64,000 bases of DNA from Gammaproteobacteria bacterium (GTDB lineage: Bacteria; Pseudomonadota; Gammaproteobacteria; GCA-002705445; GCA-002716945): the NCBI GenBank assembly GCA_038142325.1, contig JAYQJW010000002.1, positions 96,001-160,000 on the forward strand, in the 5' to 3' direction. Shown here piece after piece: positions 48,144 through 57,802 of the stretch. Both the position numbers and the translations under genes were made by a program. The first letter of the stretch is position 1. Every line of letters starts with the position of its first letter. Under the pieces are notes generated by a model. The model did not search any database. It was given only the letters and a program-made list of their open reading frames with translations, and was not told where the DNA came from.

Positions 48144-49139
48144 GTTGATAATAATATATTAAGTGAAACTGCTCAAAAAATGATGTTAAAACCCAAAGGT
48201 ATTTTAGCTATGGATGAAAGTAGTCCAACAATAGCAAAACGCTTAGCATCAATAAATGTTGAAAATAATGAGAATAACAGAAGACGATATAGAGAATTAA
48301 TTGTTACAACTCCTGAGTTATCAACATGCATAAGTGGTGCAATATTGTTTGAAGAAACATTTGATCAAAAAATGAGTGATGGGACTTTGTTTAGAGAATA
48401 CCTCAATTCAATTGGTATACTCCCTGGCATAAAAGTTGACAAAGGAGCAAAAGATTTTTCTTGTCATCCAGGAGAAAAAGTCACTGAAGGATTAGATGGC
48501 CTTGGTGATAGACTTTCAGATTATTATGCTAAAGGCGCTAAATTCTGTAAATGGAGAGCTGTAATTACAATAGGAGATAATATTCCTTCAGATGCGTGTA
48601 TAGAATCAAATATGAACGCGCTCGCTAGATATGCGTCACTATGTCAAGAAAATAACCTTGTACCTATTGTTGAACCAGAGGTCTTAATCAACGGAGCTCA
48701 CAGTATTGAAACTTGTAATGAGGTTACTAGAAGATCCTTAAAATCTCTTTTTAATAATTTAGATATGCTGAACGTATATCTACCAGGTACTGTTTTAAAA
48801 CCAAGCATGGTTATCTCTGGTCAAGAAAACCAATCTAGAGCAGACAGAAATACAGTGGCATCGATGACACTTGAGTGTTTACAAGATTGTGTTCCAGAAC
48901 TTACTGCAGGGATAGCATTTCTATCAGGCGGCCAAACTGATGAGGAAGCAGAAACTCATTTAAATATTATTAATAATCACACGAACCTACCTTGGAGGGT
49001 AACCTTCTCTTATGCAAGAGCAATACAAGCAGCTGCACTTGCTTCATGGGGTGGTAATGACGAAAATATAAAAAAATCTCAAGAAATTCTCTTTGATAGA
49101 GCAAGTAAGTGCTCTATGGCCTCAGTTGGAAGTCTATAG
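48144..49139 (+). CDS. fba: Class I (Schiff-base) fructose-bisphosphate aldolase; start probably ~48144
   Basis: LSETAQKM...KGILAMDES, GIKVDKG, KWRAV, VPIVEPEV, LKPSMV, FLSGGQ, FSYARA; GGGAG SD at 48131. Confidence 0.93.
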   Translation, partial: VDNNILSETAQKMMLKPKGILAMDESSPTIAKRLASINVENNENNRRRYRELIVTTPELSTCISGAILFEETFDQKMSDGTLFREYLNSIGILPGIKVDKGAKDFSCHPGEKVTEGLDGLGDRLSDYYAKGAKFCKWRAVITIGDNIPSDACIESNMNALARYASLCQENNLVPIVEPEVLINGAHSIETCNEVTRRSLKSLFNNLDMLNVYLPGTVLKPSMVISGQENQSRADRNTVASMTLECLQDCVPELTAGIAFLSGGQTDEEAETHLNIINNHTNLPWRVTFSYARAIQAAALASWGGNDENIKKSQEILFDRASKCSMASVGSL

Positions 49140-49781
49140 TAAGTTGAAGATTTTTTTAGAAATCATCTTTATTGAGCTTGCACTAGTGTAGTTTACAACT
49201 GGTATTTTGCTGTGTTTTTTTATCTCTTTGAAATTCTCCATCTGGTTTTTATTGTTTGAATTAAGTATTACTAAATCTAACGATGTTTTAAGTCTCTCAA
49301 AAGCTAACATTGTTGATACTGCGGCACCTATGCAACCTAATTCATCTTTAACGATAAGAATATTAAATGATTTGATTTTTTTCATGAGATTAATATTGAG
49401 ACCGTCTGTAGCTAGAGGAGAGAATGCTCCTCCTGCTCCTTCAACAACACATGGTCTATTTTGAATGATTTTTTTGTATTTCATTATGTAATCTTTTATA
49501 TAAATCTTTTTATTTGCATTTTTAATTGCTAAATATGGAGATACAGGTTCTATAAACCTATAAGGATTGATCTCATCATGTGTTATTTTTTTGCCAAGCG
49601 CATGATAGTATTTAGTCGAGTCTCTCGGTATCAGCAAACCCTTTCTAACTTGACAGCCTGTTTCAATCGGCTTGAAAGCTAAAAAGTCTTTTTTCTTGTT
49701 TAATTCTTTTAGTAACTTTATTCCAATATATGTTTTACCAACATCAGTATTCGTTCCAGTAACAAAGATACTATTTTTCAT
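49134..49781 (-). CDS. bioD: Dethiobiotin synthase
   Basis: FVTGTNTDVGKT, FKPIETG, SPYLA, VEGAGG. Confidence 0.92.
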   Translation of the reverse strand: MKNSIFVTGTNTDVGKTYIGIKLLKELNKKKDFLAFKPIETGCQVRKGLLIPRDSTKYYHALGKKITHDEINPYRFIEPVSPYLAIKNANKKIYIKDYIMKYKKIIQNRPCVVEGAGGAFSPLATDGLNINLMKKIKSFNILIVKDELGCIGAAVSTMLAFERLKTSLDLVILNSNNKNQMENFKEIKKHSKIPVVNYTSASSIKMISKKIFNLL

Positions 49782-50631
49782 GAGTTAATAAAGTTAATAC
49801 TTTTCTATACTTATTTAGTATTTCATCTTTGACAATTGTTGGAATAATAATTTGTTTACGATTCCAGTTGATCTGATCAAGATAGTCTCTAAAGTATTGT
49901 TTATCAAAAAAATCTATATCTTTATTTTCAAGGTCCTTTGTTAAGCAATACCTCGCACAATCAGGAGTGAAAATTTCATCAATTAATATTACATTCTTTT
50001 CATCATCGTAACCAAATTCAAATTTACAATCTATCAGCGTCAGGCCTTTTGTAAGAGCCAATCTATGCGCATACTCATATAATTCAATACTTTTATCTTT
50101 TATAAAATTAGATAATTCTTCTCCAATATTTTTGCACATCTCTGCAAATGTTATATTTATATCTTTACCACCAACTTCAGCTTTTGTAGATGGTGTAAAT
50201 AATGGAGAATCAAATTTATCATTAATATTCATTTTTTTGCTAATAATAATATCGGAGACCTTACCCTCTTTTTTATATTGCTTGAAAGCAGATCCAGAAA
50301 TATAACCCCTCACAATAGACTCTATTCTGATTGGTTCACATTTTTTTACAAGCGAACAACTTTTAAATGTATTTGGAACTAGTTTAGCTAGTTCATTATC
50401 TATAAGTAAATGATTATCTATGATATGTTCTGTTTGCTTGAACCAAAATTTCGATATAGTCGTTAGGAGTTCACCTTTAGTTGATAGTTCATCATCAAAC
50501 ACAAAATCATATGCTGAAATTTTATCTGATGTCTTTATTAGAAGTTTATCTTCATTAAATTTATAAACATCTCTAATTTTTCCAGAGAACAGTGGTTTGT
50601 TCTCCAGAAAAAATATGTCAGTTCGATCCAT
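49771..50631 (-). CDS. purC: SAICAR synthase
   Basis: SGKIRDVY, SDKISAYD, VRGYISGS, TPSTKA, DCKFEFG, DEIFTPD, DKQYFRD. Confidence 0.94.
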   Translation of the reverse strand: MDRTDIFFLENKPLFSGKIRDVYKFNEDKLLIKTSDKISAYDFVFDDELSTKGELLTTISKFWFKQTEHIIDNHLLIDNELAKLVPNTFKSCSLVKKCEPIRIESIVRGYISGSAFKQYKKEGKVSDIIISKKMNINDKFDSPLFTPSTKAEVGGKDINITFAEMCKNIGEELSNFIKDKSIELYEYAHRLALTKGLTLIDCKFEFGYDDEKNVILIDEIFTPDCARYCLTKDLENKDIDFFDKQYFRDYLDQINWNRKQIIIPTIVKDEILNKYRKVLTLLTHEK

Positions 50632-50634
50632 GTA

Positions 50635-51084
50635 TTATTTTAATTTATTTATGTAACTGGAAAATCTTTCTTTATTAGTGGCAAACTTCTTTTCTTCAGC
50701 AGCAGCGAATTCTGAGGCATTTGCTAGATTCTCTAAATTATCACCAACGGCAATTATACCAACCATACCAAGAATATAGTGGGGCGTGCATTTATATCCA
50801 TACACACCTTCTTCAGTGAATGTAATTGTGAGTTCTTCATTAATCTTACCATTCCATTGAAGACTATTATCAGCTGTCATTGCATCAATTGATGCTGTAT
50901 TGTGTCCAGGATTAGATGCTTTCCATGTTACAGTGTCTCCAGGTTGAATTTTCAAGACTGCTGGTTTGAAAACCATCATTTCTCCATTTGATGAGCTCAA
51001 CATTTCAACTGTATGATCTTCTGACATAGCTGGCAATGCTATTACTAGCATGACAGCAAACAATGTATTCTTAATTAGTTCCAT
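50635..51084 (-). CDS. Pseudoazurin (type-1 blue copper protein)
   Basis: Signal peptide; HTVEML, MVFKPA, PGDTV, GHN, YGYKCTPHYILGMVG (His/Cys/His/Met ligands). Confidence 0.9.
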   Translation of the reverse strand: MELIKNTLFAVMLVIALPAMSEDHTVEMLSSSNGEMMVFKPAVLKIQPGDTVTWKASNPGHNTASIDAMTADNSLQWNGKINEELTITFTEEGVYGYKCTPHYILGMVGIIAVGDNLENLANASEFAAAEEKKFATNKERFSSYINKLK

Positions 51085-51192
51085 AATATTTTCCTCTTAT
51101 CTTCATGATGTTAAGTCTCATCAGTTTATCAAAAAAAAAAATTTAATTCATTGTGCTTATGAATTATACTGACAAAGAATAATCAGGTGTCC

Positions 51193-51861
51193 ATGAGAGA
51201 TTACAAAATAGCCCCATCTATTTTATCAGCGGACTTTGCTAATTTAGGCAAAGAAGTAACCGATGTGGTCAACGCAGGAGCAGATTTCATTCATTTTGAC
51301 GTAATGGACAACCATTATGTGCCAAATCTAACCATTGGCCCAATGGTTTGTAAATCTCTTCGAGACTACGGAATCAAATCAGTGATTGATGTTCATCTGA
51401 TGGTTTGTCCTGTAGATGAAATAATTCCTGAATTTGCTAGAGCGGGAGCTGACTTCATTACATTTCATCCTGAGGCGACAAACCACGTGGATAGAACTAT
51501 TAAACTTATAAGAGATAACGGATGCAAGCCTGGCTTAGTACTCAATCCTGCGACAAGTGTTTCTGTTCTAGAATATTGCTTGGATCAGATAGATATGGTT
51601 TTGTTGATGTCTGTTAATCCAGGATTTGCAGGTCAAAAATTTATTGAATCCACTTATGACAAAATATCAGATGTCAGAGAGATGATCGATGCAATTAATC
51701 CATCAATCAGGCTGGAAGTTGATGGCGGTATAAATCTCGAAAATATTGGTAAAGCTGCGAAATGTGGAGCTGATACCTTTGTTGCTGGTTCTGCAATATT
51801 TAACTCTAAAAACTATACCTCTACTATTTCTCAAATGAGAGAAATTATAGCTAAATCATAA
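51193..51861 (+). CDS. rpe: Ribulose-phosphate 3-epimerase
   Basis: [33 protein letters not shown]. Confidence 0.96.
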   Translation: MRDYKIAPSILSADFANLGKEVTDVVNAGADFIHFDVMDNHYVPNLTIGPMVCKSLRDYGIKSVIDVHLMVCPVDEIIPEFARAGADFITFHPEATNHVDRTIKLIRDNGCKPGLVLNPATSVSVLEYCLDQIDMVLLMSVNPGFAGQKFIESTYDKISDVREMIDAINPSIRLEVDGGINLENIGKAAKCGADTFVAGSAIFNSKNYTSTISQMREIIAKS

Positions 51862-51870
51862 TTTTGATTA

Positions 51871-53329
51871 ATGAACTTTAATGATTTTTCAAAAATTGCC
51901 CAAGAGGGTTTTAATCTAATACCGTTAATCAGAGAAATTGAAGGATATGACAAAGAAGCCATTGATGTTTATTCTCAACATTTTGATGACAAAAAATCTT
52001 TTTTCTTTGAATCTCTTGAGGGTGATAAAAATTGGAGTAGATATACAATTATTGGTTGTTCCTCAGGTGAGTATATTGAAATCCATGGAAATATAATTCA
52101 AAAATATTCTGATTTTTTATGTGTAGAAGAACATACTGAAAATGACCCCATTGATTGGTTAGAGAAATATTTTCATTCATTCAAAGCCTATATTCCAAAT
52201 CAATTTCCCTTATTTTCAGGAGGGCTTGTAGGACACTTCTCTTTTGAATCTGTCTGTTATTTTGAAAAAACCATTCCCAAAAAGAAACTTCAAAACGATA
52301 TTGATGCACCAGATATTTCACTAATTATTTGTAAAGAATTCATCGTATTTGATAAAGTCAACGATAAGGTTTATGTTGTTGTCTTTTCTGGCTCCGCACA
52401 ATCTGACTACGATAGAAATATAAAAAAACTTGAACACTACACTCAACTGCTTAATGAAGATTTTGAAATAGGCACACATTATTACAATAATAAAGAGACG
52501 ATTGTTAATTATGATTTTAAAAAAGAAGATTTTATCTCTGCAGTACAAAAGATAAAAAATTACATTTCATCGGGTGATGTAATGCAAGTAGTATTGTCAC
52601 AAAGAATGACTGTAGATTTTTCTGAAAAGCCAATTGATTTTTATAGAGAATTACGAAAGATTAACCCATCGCCATACATGTATTATTTAAATATGGGAGA
52701 TTACACTGTTGTTGGTTCATCACCTGAAATATTGGTAAGACTTGAAGACAAGAAAGTCACTGTAAGACCTATAGCAGGAACTAGGCCTAGAAGCGATGAT
52801 ATAGATACTGATAAGAAATTTGAAATTGACTTGTTGGATGATAAAAAAGAACTTGCAGAGCACCTAATGTTAATTGATTTGGGTAGAAATGATATCGGAA
52901 GAATCTGTCAAACTGGAACTGTTAAATTGACTGATAAAATGATAATTGAGAAATACTCTCATGTGATGCATATGGTGTCTAATGTCGAGGGTGACGATAA
53001 AGCCGGATTATTCACAGTTTGATGCACTAAAAGCTACCTTTCCAGCAGGCACTGTATCAGGAGCACCAAAGATAAGATCGCTACAAATAATCTTTGAACT
53101 TGAAAACATTACAAGAGGTATCTATGCTGGTGCAATTGGTTATCTTGGATGGAACGGGAACATGGATACAGCTATAGCGATAAGAACCTGTGTTATAAAA
53201 AACAAGAAATTACATATACAATGCGGCGCCGGTATTGTTTATGATTCTATTCCTGAATCAGAATGGGAAGAGACAATCAATAAAGGTAAAGCAATTATTA
53301 AAGCTATTGAAAGATTGAGAGAAAACTGA
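51871..53329 (+). CDS. trpE: Anthranilate synthase component I (indel ~52993)
   Basis: [37 protein letters not shown]; second part [18 protein letters not shown]. Confidence 0.94.
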
Positions 53330-53898
53330 TGATTTTGATGATAGATAACTATGATTCTTTCACATTCAATATTGTTCAATATTTAGGTGAACTAGGAGCT
53401 GAAGTATTTGTAAAAAGAAATAATGAAATAACGATAGAGCAAATTAATACATTAAATCCGGATAAAATAGTGATATCACCAGGACCTTGTACTCCTAATG
53501 AAGCTGGTATTTCTCTTGATGTAGTTAAAAAGTTCTACAAACAAAAAGCAATATTGGGCGTCTGCCTTGGTCATCAAACTATTGGACAAGCTTTTGGTGG
53601 AAAAATTGTTTCTGCAAAAAGAATAATGCATGGTAAGACATCTAACATTACTCATAATGAGAAGGATTTATTTGATTCAATAGCTCAAAACTTTACTGCA
53701 ACTAGATATCATTCACTAGTAATTGAAGAAGAAAGTTTACCTGATTGTCTATTAGTTACGGCGCGTTCAGATGACACTGAATCTGAAATTATGGGAATCA
53801 GACATAAAGAATATAATTTATTTGGTGTACAATTCCATCCAGAATCTATCTTGACACAATCAGGACATAAATTACTTGAGAATTTTTTAAATGTATAA
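53329..53898 (+). CDS. trpG: Anthranilate synthase component II
   Basis: IDNYDSFT, SPGP, GVCLGHQ, RYHSL, QFHPES. Confidence 0.94.
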   Translation: MILMIDNYDSFTFNIVQYLGELGAEVFVKRNNEITIEQINTLNPDKIVISPGPCTPNEAGISLDVVKKFYKQKAILGVCLGHQTIGQAFGGKIVSAKRIMHGKTSNITHNEKDLFDSIAQNFTATRYHSLVIEEESLPDCLLVTARSDDTESEIMGIRHKEYNLFGVQFHPESILTQSGHKLLENFLNV

Positions 53899-54907
53899 CT
53901 TTGAGAAAATTATTTCAAAACTTCACAATAGTATTAACCTTACACAAGATGAAGCTTGTTATGTCTCACAACAAATGTTCAAAGGTGAACTGAAAGAAAA
54001 TAATATTATAGAGGTTCTAAGCCTATTAAACTCTAAAGAAATATATCCTGATGAGCTAATCGGATTTGCTAGAGCTATGAGAGAAATCTCTACTAAAGTA
54101 GAAATTGATGAAAAAGTTATTGATTGTTGTGGTACGGGTGGCGACGGTAGCGGCACATTTAATATCTCGACTTGTGCGGCATTTATTGCTGCGGCATGTG
54201 ATATAAAAGTTGCAAAACATGGCAATAAGGCAATTACAAGTAAATCTGGTAGTGCTGATTTACTTCATGATGCTGGTGCAAAAATTGATCTAAACCCCAC
54301 CCAAGTAAGCGAGTGTATCAAGCAAGTAAATTTTGGTTTTATGTTTGCTCCTATGCATCATCAAGCCATGAAAAATGTTGCTGAGTCACGAAAAAAAATT
54401 GCTCCTAATAAAACAATATTTAACATGCTAGGGCCTATTACAAACCCTGCACAAGCAAAACTTCAACTAATAGGAGTATATGATCAAAAATCAATGAATC
54501 TAATTGCTGACGCACTTGTTGAGTTAGGTACAGATAGAGCACTAATTCTTAATTCGAGAGACGGAATGGATGAAGCAAGTATCTATACTGAAACTGATGT
54601 AATAGAAATTATAGGATCAAAAAAAACCAACTATTCAATCGATCCTAAAAAGCACAATATCACTTGTTCCAATATAGATAACATAAAAACAACGGATAAT
54701 AAAAGCAGCCTTGATATGGTGTTTAGTGTTATTAATAATGAAGATTCTGATGCAAAAGAGATTAGTTTATTTAATGCTGCACTATCCGTTATGTTATATA
54801 AAGAAATTTCTCTAGATGAGGCAATAAAGCAATGCAGAGATGCTCTGAATGAATACAAAGTTCGAGATAAATTTAATCAATATATAGATTTCACAAATCA
54901 GGTTTGA
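53891..54907 (+). CDS. trpD: Anthranilate phosphoribosyltransferase
   Basis: DCCGTGGD, FNIST, KHGN, GSAD, LGPITNP, GMDE. Confidence 0.95.
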   Translation: MYNFEKIISKLHNSINLTQDEACYVSQQMFKGELKENNIIEVLSLLNSKEIYPDELIGFARAMREISTKVEIDEKVIDCCGTGGDGSGTFNISTCAAFIAAACDIKVAKHGNKAITSKSGSADLLHDAGAKIDLNPTQVSECIKQVNFGFMFAPMHHQAMKNVAESRKKIAPNKTIFNMLGPITNPAQAKLQLIGVYDQKSMNLIADALVELGTDRALILNSRDGMDEASIYTETDVIEIIGSKKTNYSIDPKKHNITCSNIDNIKTTDNKSSLDMVFSVINNEDSDAKEISLFNAALSVMLYKEISLDEAIKQCRDALNEYKVRDKFNQYIDFTNQV

Positions 54908-55689
54908 TAACAGTGTTAGATGAAATAATAAAAAATAAATTTAAAGAAATTGATAGGCTTAAATCATCATTTGTTGTATCTGATTTTGACAGTATTTCTA
55001 GTGATAGGTCTTTTTACAATAATCTTTTAACACGTCAAAACTCTAATAAAAACTCAATAATTGCTGAGATAAAAAGAAGATCTCCTAGTAAAGGAATTCT
55101 ATGTGAAAATCTTGATGTATCTAAAAAGGCAAAAGAGTATGAAAAAGGAGGCGCAACTTGTATATCAGTATTAACAGAGAGAGACTACTTTAATGGCTCT
55201 AATGATGACTTAGAGATAGTAAGAAACTCTGTAGAAGTCCCAGTTTTGAGAAAAGATTTTATTCTTGATCCTATACAAGTATACGAAAGTAAAGCGATAA
55301 ATGCTGACTGTATACTGTTAATTGTTTCTGCACTGAAGAAAAAATTATTTATAGAATTATGTACATTAGCTTCTTCACTACACCTTGATGTCTTGGTCGA
55401 AGTTCATGATATTTATGAACTTGATTTTGCTTTATCTCAGAACATCAAAATCTTAGGTATAAATAATAGAAATCTTAAGAATTTTAAAGTAGATCTCAAT
55501 ACAAGTGTAGAACTAGCTAAACATATTAAAAGCGAGGATGTGGTAATTATTAGTGAGAGCGGTATTAGTCATAAAGATGATGTACTAAATCTTAATAATG
55601 CTGGTATTTTCACATTTCTTATTGGGGAACATTTGATAAAATCCTCAGATACTGAAAAATCTATACAGGAATTAATAAATGTTGGATAA
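54904..55689 (+). CDS. trpC: Indole-3-glycerol-phosphate synthase
   Basis: IAEIKRRSPSKG, SVLTE, LRKDF, GINNRNL, SESGI. Confidence 0.95.
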   Translation: MITVLDEIIKNKFKEIDRLKSSFVVSDFDSISSDRSFYNNLLTRQNSNKNSIIAEIKRRSPSKGILCENLDVSKKAKEYEKGGATCISVLTERDYFNGSNDDLEIVRNSVEVPVLRKDFILDPIQVYESKAINADCILLIVSALKKKLFIELCTLASSLHLDVLVEVHDIYELDFALSQNIKILGINNRNLKNFKVDLNTSVELAKHIKSEDVVIISESGISHKDDVLNLNNAGIFTFLIGEHLIKSSDTEKSIQELINVG

Positions 55690-56068
55690 CCTAGGAATAC
55701 GTCACTTAGCACTAAAGGTAAAAAACTTTGAAGAATGCTTGAAGTTTTACACGCAAATATTAGGTATGAAAGTTGATTGGCAACCAGATCACGAAAATGT
55801 ATATCTTACTAATGGAAAAGATAACCTAGCTCTTCATTATGACGAAGATTTATCTTTGGAAAGCGAGTCCAGGCTTGATCATTTTGGAATTTTTGTTCGA
55901 AAACAGGAGGACATTGACGTTTTTCTTAAACATATTCAGGAAAACAATATCAAAATCCACAAAGAAAAAAAGACTCACAGAGATAACTCTATAAGTTTTT
56001 ATGTAGAAGATCCTGATGGAAATATATTACAAATATTATGGCATCCTACGTTAAGCAATGAGTCTTAA
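55679..56068 (+). CDS. VOC (glyoxalase/bleomycin-resistance) family protein
   Basis: IRHLAL, FYTQILGM, LDHFG, FYVEDPDGN. Confidence 0.88.
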   Translation: MLDNLGIRHLALKVKNFEECLKFYTQILGMKVDWQPDHENVYLTNGKDNLALHYDEDLSLESESRLDHFGIFVRKQEDIDVFLKHIQENNIKIHKEKKTHRDNSISFYVEDPDGNILQILWHPTLSNES

Positions 56069-56708
56069 TTTATCGAATACTAGTCAATCATTAATCATAA
56101 ATACATACTATGTCTTCAAATGCGAAGAAACTAACAGGATGTCTGTGAATAATAAAATTGACTCGAATTTTAGTATTAAAAAAATGATACATATGCTTAC
56201 ATCAATATCTAAAATACTTGACACTAAAATAATAAATACATCAAGCCATAGTTTTGAACCATCTGGGACAAGCGTTTCATCAATTATAGAGTCTAAGGAT
56301 TATATTACAGGAGCCTCTGGAGTAATGCATCTGAACGAGAGTCATATCAGCTTTCATTCATATTATGAACACTCAATATCAAATAATATTATCCTTAGAT
56401 TAGAATTACATATTTCTTCGTGTAGTAACAAGAGCGTGTACAACTCGATAAATGTTTTATCAAGTGACAATAACTACGAAAAATATTACGCTATGACCCT
56501 TGATTATTTTCATAGAGGTTTGAATTTAGAGAATATTAAACAAGATGGCGGTGATATTTTTAAGACATATATTCAGAGTAAAGTAGGGCAATACGACATA
56601 ATCGAAGACGAGTCTAGTCTATCGTTTCAACATACTAAGATCATAAGGAAAAAAGAGCATCATGACTCTGATGCCCTTATAGAATGTCTGAATAAATTTT
56701 TAATTTAA
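56058..56708 (+). CDS. speD: Highly diverged S-adenosylmethionine decarboxylase-like pyruvoyl proenzyme
   Basis: Collinear with E. coli-type SpeD: FEPSGTSV, HLNESHISFHSYYE, ISSC, TLDYFHRG, FQHTKI; trpC...speD-coq7 synteny. Confidence 0.7.
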   Translation: MSLNLSNTSQSLIINTYYVFKCEETNRMSVNNKIDSNFSIKKMIHMLTSISKILDTKIINTSSHSFEPSGTSVSSIIESKDYITGASGVMHLNESHISFHSYYEHSISNNIILRLELHISSCSNKSVYNSINVLSSDNNYEKYYAMTLDYFHRGLNLENIKQDGGDIFKTYIQSKVGQYDIIEDESSLSFQHTKIIRKKEHHDSDALIECLNKFLI

Positions 56709-57310
56709 AAATAGAAACTTATTTTTTTCATTACTTTAGATGACAAGGCCATTAGATTTTTTACTTCGATACTCAAATCACTTGACCCAAGGCTCTTAGC
56801 CGTATTTTTATGTTTAGACTCATCTATTTTTATATTCTCTAAAATCTTTCTACTTTTGTCGTCGTTGCTAGGCAGTTTTTTTGTGTACTCATCAAGATGC
56901 TGTTCTACCTGATCTTCTGTTTCATAGATAAATCCTAGTGATTTATCTTTATCTAACAATCCTACGTAGGCCCCTAATAAAAATGATGACGCATACCATA
57001 AACTATTAAGGTTGCTTGTCTGACCAGAAAGCTCTGTAAGTCTGTTCTCACACATTGTTAAATGATTCATTTCTTCTTCACACATCTTTAATATTATCTT
57101 TTTTGTATTTGAATCTTTGGTTGTCATGGCTTGCCCTCTATATAGTGCTTGCGCACACACCTCCCCCATATGATTAACTCTCATTACTCTTTGTGATTGT
57201 TTTTGATCATCATTTGTTAAATTTGTCTCTAATTCATCTGATAGTCTTGAGTTATGAAGGACATCAATAGCATAGTCCAATTCTTTCAAAATATTATCTA
57301 AACTCGGCAT
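56705..57310 (-). CDS. coq7: Di-iron demethoxyubiquinone hydroxylase Coq7
   Basis: MRVNHMGEVCAQALYRGQ, EEMNH, ETEDQVEQH, DESKH. Confidence 0.93.
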   Translation of the reverse strand: MPSLDNILKELDYAIDVLHNSRLSDELETNLTNDDQKQSQRVMRVNHMGEVCAQALYRGQAMTTKDSNTKKIILKMCEEEMNHLTMCENRLTELSGQTSNLNSLWYASSFLLGAYVGLLDKDKSLGFIYETEDQVEQHLDEYTKKLPSNDDKSRKILENIKIDESKHKNTAKSLGSSDLSIEVKNLMALSSKVMKKISFYF

Positions 57311-57347
57311 AAATTAGGACCCATTTGATTGAATTTTAAATAATTGC

Positions 57348-57376
57348 TTGTATACATTAGCTTATGTGAGTAAAAT
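57348..57376 (+). promoter_or_regulatory. Sigma-70 promoter of rplM-rpsI
   Basis: TTGTAT-N17-TAAAAT ending 8 nt before the GTG start; no SD. Confidence 0.6.
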
Positions 57377-57384
57377 CTCTATCC

Positions 57385-57798
57385 GTGAGTATAAATGATA
57401 GCAATAAACAGTGGTATGTCATAGACGCTACAGACGTTATTTTAGGACGTTTAGCATCTAAGGTAGCAATGATGCTCAAAGGCAAGCATAAACCTCAATA
57501 TCAACCCCATACTGATGAAGGTGACTATATTATTGTTATTAATGCAAAGAAGATTAAGGTAACAGGCAATAAATTATCAGATAAGATTTACCATAAACAT
57601 ACTGGTTACATAGGAAATTTGAAGTCTACTCCTCTGGCTAAAATGATTGATAAGAAAGCTGATTTTGTCATTAAGAATGCCGTTAAAGGAATGTTGCCAA
57701 AAAATCCTCTAGGAAGATCCATGATTAAAAAACTAAAAGTATTTGAAAATGAAAAACATAGTCATGGAGCACAAAAACCAACTGTTTTAGAGATATAA
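57385..57798 (+). CDS. rplM: 50S ribosomal protein L13
   Basis: WYVIDA, LGRLAS, GKHKP, YHKHTGY, GMLPK. Confidence 0.97.
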   Translation: MSINDSNKQWYVIDATDVILGRLASKVAMMLKGKHKPQYQPHTDEGDYIIVINAKKIKVTGNKLSDKIYHKHTGYIGNLKSTPLAKMIDKKADFVIKNAVKGMLPKNPLGRSMIKKLKVFENEKHSHGAQKPTVLEI

Positions 57799-57802
57799 AA
57801 TT

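Noticed and set aside
51171-51871. trp attenuator or leader peptide
   Set aside because: trpE follows rpe after 9 bp; no Trp-codon leader or alternative hairpins are visible.
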